NCBI GenBank assembly: GCA_027002375.1
Contig: JALWZX010000035.1
Location: 1 to 60,483, forward strand
DNA: 60,483 nt
Origin: a candidate division WWE3 bacterium
GTDB lineage: Bacteria; Patescibacteriota; WWE3; 2-01-FULL-39-13
Direction of reading: 5' to 3'
The notes beneath the pieces were generated by a model. It did no database searches, was not told where the DNA came from, and saw only the letters and a list, made by a program, of their open reading frames with translations. The position numbers and the translations under genes are program-made. Positions 54,541 through 60,483 of the stretch are shown one piece after another. The first letter of the stretch is position 1; each line of letters opens with the position of its first letter.

Positions 54541-57500
54541 TATGGACCTGTATAATTACATTGACTAACTTCAAAACACCCTTCGATATCGTGATCGACT
54601 GGTATATAACTGCCAGGATACATTGAATTGTTTAAATTTACCATTCTAAGTTTTTCGCCTGGTATACACTCAACAAGTGGTTTTTTGAACTCGTAATGAA
54701 GGTGTACTCCCCTAGAACCACCTGTGTTTCCAACATATCCGAGTACCGCCCCTTTGTTAACTTGTACAGGTGTCCCGTATTTACCGTCTGGTTTCAGATT
54801 TGAAGATATATCTTTCATATGCGCATAAAGCGTTTTTACGCCTGGATTTGTATTAGAAGTTACCACAACGAAATTTCCATAGTCATTACGTTGAGCAGAT
54901 ACAGCTGTACCAGCATGAGTGGCGAATATAGGTACCCCACTATTGGCGGCAAGGTCAACAGCTTCTTCTTTGTATGTTGTATGAGCCTGATGACCGTCTC
55001 TATAAGGGCCTTGAGTCATCACAAAATGGTCGTGTAATGGCCATCCTGACGGGCATTTCATGCAGCCCCCGTTATTAATGTTTGTTGCAACAGAATCAAA
55101 CGCAGATCTTGTAGAATCTTCTTTTGCTGCAACTTCTACCGAGTTTGAGTATGTGGAATTCACAGAATTAATGTCAAGAGAACTTGGTAATGTAAGCGTT
55201 AACTCACTTTCAATACTTTTTTCAGGCTCAATTGTTCTGTTTAAAAATTCTAGCATTAAATCTCTTGTTGGTTTATCTAATGTGCCTGTAAACCCATTGG
55301 GATTATTGTCATCATAGGTTTGGGTTGTTCCAGCGCCACAGTCTGGTATATAAGATAAAGTATCTTTAAATTTTCCAATTGTAATTGGTTGTTGATCTAC
55401 ATCACCTGATTCCCCAGTTATATTTGTCACTTTAATTTTATATTTTATTGTTCTATGAGATATATCTGGTGTTGCTGTTTTATCAACCTCAATATATTTT
55501 GATTCTGCGGTGTCTGTATATCCACCCCCCCCAGTATTCGTATAAGAGGTTAACATTGAAGGTATTATTACTAGAGGAATTATAAGTATACATCCACAAC
55601 AACCCAAAAGTGGATATAAAACAACCTTTATAAATACTTTAGCAGTACCTTTGAACGATTCTTCTGCGGCATGTAAGGCTGTGTCAAGTCCTTTATGCAA
55701 ATTTTTTACAAATTGCCAAGCAACATCACCCAGTGACGTAATTAACCACGAAATTCCGCCTGACACTATACCAGCAGCCCCACTTAGTAAAAAGCCTATG
55801 CTTTTTGCTAATGCAGCCCCGCCGAATTTAGACAAAAATAATACGGCAGCTTTTGTGCCAAATTTACTCTCAAAAAATTCTATAAAAGCTTTACTTTTAA
55901 GCCAATCACCACTGTTAACAAGCCATTTTATGCCTGGCCATTGTGCAACTGCACCAGAAATTCCTAATTCTGATGTCATGCCGAATTTTTCTAGCACGCT
56001 TCGAAGTGGGGCTGATGTTTTGATCAGACCGAGAAGAAGTCTACTGTTACCGCTATATTGCCCAAGTATAATTTGTTTGTAAAAGAAGGATCTTACATAA
56101 TTAGCATACCTATTATACATATTAAGGTATCCTGCATATTTACCAGCCAATTGTGAAACCTTTCCGGTACTGTAAAAATTGTTTAAAATGTTCCAAATTT
56201 CATCATTAGGTACGTTCCCGTTTATAACCATACCCTCTAAAAGGTGCTTGCCATGATTATCGAACAAATTAAGATTTTGCAAAAATAACTGAAAATTTTT
56301 ATATTCTCCATCTACGATTTCATCTAACTTTAATGTTTTCACCAAATTGGCGAGTCCCGCATCCGTGATTTTTTGCCCACTTATGATCAGTTCTGTTTGA
56401 TCTTTTAAATCATGTAAAAATTCACTTAATAAATCTGGATTAGCGAATAAGTCTTTCGGTTTATACTTAGAATATTTAAGACTTTTCTCTAGATCAATAC
56501 CAACGTCACCGTTTCCCCATGATGATTTAACAACGTCAAATGCAGAGTAGTTAGTAGAAAACAGTTCCTTTTTCTTTTTCGGATCGTATATTGTAAAGCC
56601 GAATAACCCTAGTGCGTCTTCTGAATTTATCCAGGATTGGTAAGCAAATGTTTGTGTCCCCACATCTCTAGACCATTCTATCGCAACATTATTTTGCATT
56701 CCTAATCCCATAAATTTTGAGCCAGATTGGAAATTTAGTCCAGTGTATTTACCAATTGCATTTTTAGCCTCGTTTATTTTCAGAGTCTTAATAGCAGTCT
56801 GTATTATCGGATCCATTATATGTGCCACATAATAATTTCCCGGTACAAATGGGATTTCAAGAAATGGTAAGGTTCCAGCAAATTTACTTGTTATTAGTAA
56901 AATACTTACGTAATCCTCATTTTCAATAGCCATTAATAGATTTTTTGCGGTACCGGCGAAATATAAATTGTGAGTTGCCATTAAAGCTTTTTGTGCAGAA
57001 GTCATTCTATCTACAGCTAAACTAGCAGCTTCCTTAGCGTTTTGTCGCAGCATTTTTATTTCACTTGGTAATAATTTGCTGTTTGGTGGTCTTCCTTGCT
57101 TTCTTAGATATTCTTTATGCAACAAATCAAACGCGGTTGCTTCCTGTTGTTGATATATACGTTGCATTATTTTTTTAGAATTTTCTTGTATGGCAAATTG
57201 TGCTTCTAGTATAGCTTTTGTCTGCTCATTTTCCCTTTTAAAAACTTTGAGTTGATCTTTTTCAGCCAAGCCCGTTGGAATTGGAACACTTATATCCATA
57301 CCTAGAACTTTTCTATTTAATACATGTGATTTCTCGGTATATTTTGGTGACCAAAGCTTAAAATGCTGGTCTATATTATTTATATAATATTCAGCCCTTA
57401 CTATTTGGCTTAGCGTTTCAATCTCTTCATTAGACCAAAGCGTAATTGGAATCCCTAGCGTGGTTTCCAACCTATCAGCTAGTTTACCGTCATTTGCTAA

Positions 57501-58376
57501 GAACTTATCAATGTCGCCACCATAGGGTTTTAATGCATCTATCAACGTTCCTGTACTAGTCTGCTTCCCCGTAACAGTTGGTAATACCTTATCTAAGTCT
57601 ATGCCCAATTCTGTTAACGTTATTCTATTAAAATCTGTTATGCTTTGATTTCTAAATAGCTCTCTCGCCGATTGTGTATCTGAATATGCAGCCAGACCCT
57701 CCATGGAAGAAGACATATGTGCATATGGTCTATACTGTTTTGCCAATATGTGCTTATCGCCATAGAGTTCACTTTCTTCTAGTAGCTTTCTATCGTCCGT
57801 TTGTCTATCTTTATCTTTTATAGCGAATTTATATGTGCCACGTAATAACATTTTAGAAACTTTTTTCTTTTTTCCGGTTTTGGGATCGATAGTCTCTTCG
57901 ATGTATGGGGACATGTCATAGAAGCCACCGCCACTTGTTTTGTTAAGTATGCTAATTGGTCCGGATGGTGGACTAGACAAGTCTCGACCAGTAAGCCCTT
58001 TGGTTTTTCCTTTTGTCAAGTTAGCTATTTCTGTTGATCTTCTTTGAGAACTGATCTCTGAAGCATCAAGTATGTCCTGTACAGTACTTTTTCCTATCGC
58101 TGTAAATGTTTTTAATGGGTTAGTTAATACATCTTTTATGTTAACTACTGTAGTTACCCCTTTAAGTTGAAACAACTCTTCGTCGCTCATCGCAAGAAGA
58201 TTCACTACGTCAGCATCAGACATTATCGATTTTGTTTGGCTTGATGTAAATTTCCAAGCCTGTAAGTTCTTTTTCTGCCCGTTGAAATAGAAAGCGATTG
58301 TTTTCTTTGGATATTCTATGGGAAGATCCGCAATGTCTTCTATCCAACCAACAAATGTTAAATCTCCTTTTGGCAT
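54540..58376 (-). CDS. Giant polytopic protein with C-terminal M23 (LytM-type) metallopeptidase domain
   Basis: C-terminus reads HTTYKEEAVD...PIFATHAGTA...TLYAHM...GYVGNTGGSRGVHLHYEF. Gly-rich hydrophobic segments lie around aa 830-930. The ~830 aa N-terminal region is unassigned. Confidence 0.7.
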   Translation of the reverse strand: MPKGDLTFVGWIEDIADLPIEYPKKTIAFYFNGQKKNLQAWKFTSSQTKSIMSDADVVNLLAMSDEELFQLKGVTTVVNIKDVLTNPLKTFTAIGKSTVQDILDASEISSQRRSTEIANLTKGKTKGLTGRDLSSPPSGPISILNKTSGGGFYDMSPYIEETIDPKTGKKKKVSKMLLRGTYKFAIKDKDRQTDDRKLLEESELYGDKHILAKQYRPYAHMSSSMEGLAAYSDTQSARELFRNQSITDFNRITLTELGIDLDKVLPTVTGKQTSTGTLIDALKPYGGDIDKFLANDGKLADRLETTLGIPITLWSNEEIETLSQIVRAEYYINNIDQHFKLWSPKYTEKSHVLNRKVLGMDISVPIPTGLAEKDQLKVFKRENEQTKAILEAQFAIQENSKKIMQRIYQQQEATAFDLLHKEYLRKQGRPPNSKLLPSEIKMLRQNAKEAASLAVDRMTSAQKALMATHNLYFAGTAKNLLMAIENEDYVSILLITSKFAGTLPFLEIPFVPGNYYVAHIMDPIIQTAIKTLKINEAKNAIGKYTGLNFQSGSKFMGLGMQNNVAIEWSRDVGTQTFAYQSWINSEDALGLFGFTIYDPKKKKELFSTNYSAFDVVKSSWGNGDVGIDLEKSLKYSKYKPKDLFANPDLLSEFLHDLKDQTELIISGQKITDAGLANLVKTLKLDEIVDGEYKNFQLFLQNLNLFDNHGKHLLEGMVINGNVPNDEIWNILNNFYSTGKVSQLAGKYAGYLNMYNRYANYVRSFFYKQIILGQYSGNSRLLLGLIKTSAPLRSVLEKFGMTSELGISGAVAQWPGIKWLVNSGDWLKSKAFIEFFESKFGTKAAVLFLSKFGGAALAKSIGFLLSGAAGIVSGGISWLITSLGDVAWQFVKNLHKGLDTALHAAEESFKGTAKVFIKVVLYPLLGCCGCILIIPLVIIPSMLTSYTNTGGGGYTDTAESKYIEVDKTATPDISHRTIKYKIKVTNITGESGDVDQQPITIGKFKDTLSYIPDCGAGTTQTYDDNNPNGFTGTLDKPTRDLMLEFLNRTIEPEKSIESELTLTLPSSLDINSVNSTYSNSVEVAAKEDSTRSAFDSVATNINNGGCMKCPSGWPLHDHFVMTQGPYRDGHQAHTTYKEEAVDLAANSGVPIFATHAGTAVSAQRNDYGNFVVVTSNTNPGVKTLYAHMKDISSNLKPDGKYGTPVQVNKGAVLGYVGNTGGSRGVHLHYEFKKPLVECIPGEKLRMVNLNNSMYPGSYIPVDHDIEGCFEVSQCNYTGP

Positions 58377-58580
58377 AATTAGATTTTATCAGAAAACAAG
58401 CTTCAAACAAGAAAGTATAGATTAATTATTTAAATGTTGAAATTTAGCCAACAATATAGTATTGAAAGAATAACGACATAATGTAAAATTATGTTGTATG
58501 AGTATATTTATTAATATACCTAATTTGAAAAATATCTTTGTGAAGAATTCAAAGTTTTTTTTCATAATTATAATCTAACC

Positions 58581-59975
58581 ATGCCTAACATGAAGAGATC
58601 CGTAAAGATAGTTGTTATTAGTTTTGTTATTATAACAGTTGTATTATCTAGTGCGTTCAAGACATATTCATACGCTAGTAATCAAGACGCAACTTATGAA
58701 TATGATAACAACCCAAGTTTAACAAGCCCCGATGCGGTAAACGCGGCAGGTATCCCGGATTCTGTAAAGGCTATAGGACTAAATGCCTTGGGAACCTTTG
58801 CGAAATTAGCTGTATGTCATGGCGATGATTGTGAAGTAAATAGTGAGGGGTATACGCAATATCTGCTAGTTCAAATGCCAGCTAACGGTGTTGCGATGGT
58901 TGTATGTGATCCGGATCGAAATAGATTCGATGACGTTACCATACATGGTGCAGATACGCCATGTACCGATCCGAATACGTTTGCTGCTAATGCTGAAGAA
59001 ATGCTAAGTAAAGGTAAACTACCAGGTGGTGGCGCAGCTTTGTTGGCTAGTGCATACAACTACGCTGGTACAGATATGTCTATCCCGACTGATTTAGCCT
59101 TATATTTTAAAGATACAATGTCTGACACAATATTTGGAACACCAGCATATGCAGCTGATCCTTTAGACAATACAATGTTCAAAGGAGTTGTCTTAGGCAT
59201 GTGGAAGATAACGCGCAATTTGGCATTAGCTTTACTTGGTGTGATTACAGCTGCCGCTGCATTAATGATTATTTTTAGGAAAAAAATATCTGCCCAAGCT
59301 GTTGTAACTGTTTATAATATTCTACCTAGAATCCCGATTGCTATCCTTTTTATATTATTGTCTTATCCAATTGCCGCACTTTTAATCTCATTAGTTCAAC
59401 CACTAATGGGGCTTGCTATTAATCTTGGTCTAGAAATTATGAAAGGAAGCACAACCACTGAAAATGCTGTATACTATTATATTAGTATGGCCATTAATAG
59501 CATATTTGCGATTGTTGTCGCTATGGGTGCTTTAAATGTTGGAGCAATTGTTATAATTGTGGTGTTTGTTGTTATTATTGTAGTTATACTCGCAGTCATT
59601 TTGATTCATATAATTAGTGCTTATGTTGATATGATTATTAATACTGTTTTTGCGCCTATTATTGGTGTTATGAGTATATTACCTGGTCAAGAACGTGGAA
59701 TAGTGAATTTAGTTTTTAGAATGATTGTAGACATACTAACAGTTCCACTAATTATATTTGTCATACTTATGGGGTTAGCAGTTATTATTATTCCTGTTGA
59801 AGAGTTCGGTATGACGTTAGCACCACCAATGGCATTTTTTGCAATGTTTTGGATTTTTATACTAAAGACTATTATGGGGTTAATGATTATGTGGCAAGCT
59901 ACTAAAGTTAAGAAAATGTTAAAGGGAGCTTTTAGTGTTACAGGATTGTTTGAAACTGGTCAACAAAAGAGGTAA
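58581..59975 (+). CDS. Polytopic membrane protein, VirB6/TrbL-like topology (signal peptide, ~200 aa exposed domain, then ~6 TM)
   Basis: Call rests on topology and on adjacency to a pilin-like gene and a cell-wall hydrolase. No strict motif. Confidence 0.35.
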   Translation: MPNMKRSVKIVVISFVIITVVLSSAFKTYSYASNQDATYEYDNNPSLTSPDAVNAAGIPDSVKAIGLNALGTFAKLAVCHGDDCEVNSEGYTQYLLVQMPANGVAMVVCDPDRNRFDDVTIHGADTPCTDPNTFAANAEEMLSKGKLPGGGAALLASAYNYAGTDMSIPTDLALYFKDTMSDTIFGTPAYAADPLDNTMFKGVVLGMWKITRNLALALLGVITAAAALMIIFRKKISAQAVVTVYNILPRIPIAILFILLSYPIAALLISLVQPLMGLAINLGLEIMKGSTTTENAVYYYISMAINSIFAIVVAMGALNVGAIVIIVVFVVIIVVILAVILIHIISAYVDMIINTVFAPIIGVMSILPGQERGIVNLVFRMIVDILTVPLIIFVILMGLAVIIIPVEEFGMTLAPPMAFFAMFWIFILKTIMGLMIMWQATKVKKMLKGAFSVTGLFETGQQKR

Positions 59976-60205
59976 AAGTAAATGTATTTATAATGATAAG
60001 ACAAAGCTAGATTGTAAACTTCGTGTGAAAACTATGGATTCGCAGTGTGTATAGTCATTAAAAGTAATTACAACACACTGCGGATAGTTGTTATATTGAA
60101 GTATGACATTATTAATTCGGTTTCGTGTTATTTGGATATATAGTTGATTTATAGTTCCAAAGATTTACAGTGTAAAAACTGGCAGTTTTTATTTTTATAT
60201 AATAT

Positions 60206-60483
60206 ATGGAATCAATCAATTGTAGTTCATTTGGCGAGTGTGTAAAAGGTACTGGATCACCATTACCAGCGGGCTCGCCAGCTGAAAAAAATATTACAAG
60301 CGTTCAATTACTTGTATACTTCTTTATAAATTTTGCAATATATGTAATATATGCAGTTTTACTAGTTTTTGTATTTTATAATCTTGCGATTGGTATTTAC
60401 AAAATAGTATTTGGAGAAGATTCGAATGCTTCTAAAATAGCAAAGGAATCTATAACTAAGTCTGTGTTAGGAGTGATCGGACT
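60206..60483 (+). CDS. T4SS pilin-like (VirB2/TrbC-type) small protein, 3' partial at window end
   Basis: Not in the ORF track because the window ends before any stop. ATG 60206 reads MESINCSSFGECVKG...SVQLLVYFFINFAIYVIYAVLLVFVFYNLAIGIYKIVFGEDSNASKIAKESITKSVLGVIG. This gives two hydrophobic helices joined by a G-x-D/S-x-x-K-x-x-AK loop, as in T4SS pilins. Confidence 0.5.
   Translation, partial: MESINCSSFGECVKGTGSPLPAGSPAEKNITSVQLLVYFFINFAIYVIYAVLLVFVFYNLAIGIYKIVFGEDSNASKIAKESITKSVLGVIG

Noticed and set aside
55651-56082. 143-aa plus-strand ORF
   Set aside because: It is antisense to the hydrophobic Gly/Ala-rich part of the 1278-aa gene and is a shadow ORF.
54540-58376. Phage tape-measure protein / prophage tail module as the explanation for the 1278-344-1487 aa operon
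   Set aside because: The two downstream proteins have an N-terminal membrane anchor or signal peptide, which tail proteins lack. No chaperone, capsid or terminase genes flank the operon, and the upstream neighbour is divergent. The idea is not fully excluded, so it is kept as the refutation test in the findings.
1-60483. Alternative genetic code (UGA recoded, as in some CPR lineages)
   Set aside because: TGA terminates well-supported ORFs (for example 202..1185 and the serine recombinase), and conserved genes are full length under the standard code.

Overview
AT-rich (about one-third G+C by eye) bacterial chromosome segment that reads cleanly with the standard code; TGA, TAA and TAG all end long ORFs. 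The gene content suggests a small-genome Patescibacteria/CPR-like organism, which is inference only. It rests on many small membrane-anchored hypotheticals, a DUF4012-type giant envelope protein, a Lys-rich sigma-70 N-terminus, a T4SS-pilin-like gene and few biosynthetic genes. Core blocks are pgk plus a histidine phosphatase, ddl/murF, dnaG-rpoD, valS, rplY, rnhA and three tRNAs (Ser-CGA, Arg-GCG, Asn-GTT). Accessory content: (1) A putative ~11.6 kb integrated element abuts tRNA-Asn (about 17.9-29.6 kb). It carries a large serine recombinase whose 3' end overlaps the tRNA, an XRE/Rep replication-like module, and defence-like cargo: two Rx4H HEPN-motif proteins, an AlbA_2/Schlafen-like protein, and a twice-repeated 'soluble protein + small 4-TM protein' gene pair. 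(2) A tightly coupled 9.3 kb minus-strand operon encodes three envelope proteins: a 1278 aa polytopic protein ending in an M23 peptidase, a 344 aa anchored protein, and a 1487 aa secreted protein with glycosidase-like motifs. It is divergent from VirB6-like and VirB2/TrbC-pilin-like genes at the window end. (3) A ~105 bp double-hairpin MITE/REP-like repeat occurs in 3-4 copies, one of them in frame inside a protein-coding gene. (4) There is also a frameshifted alpha/beta hydrolase, an ArsR/thioredoxin-like/permease operon with a clear operator, and several structured intergenic elements. I saw no rRNA, CRISPR array, transposase or reverse transcriptase. All family calls are motif-level recognition from the translations; no searches were run.
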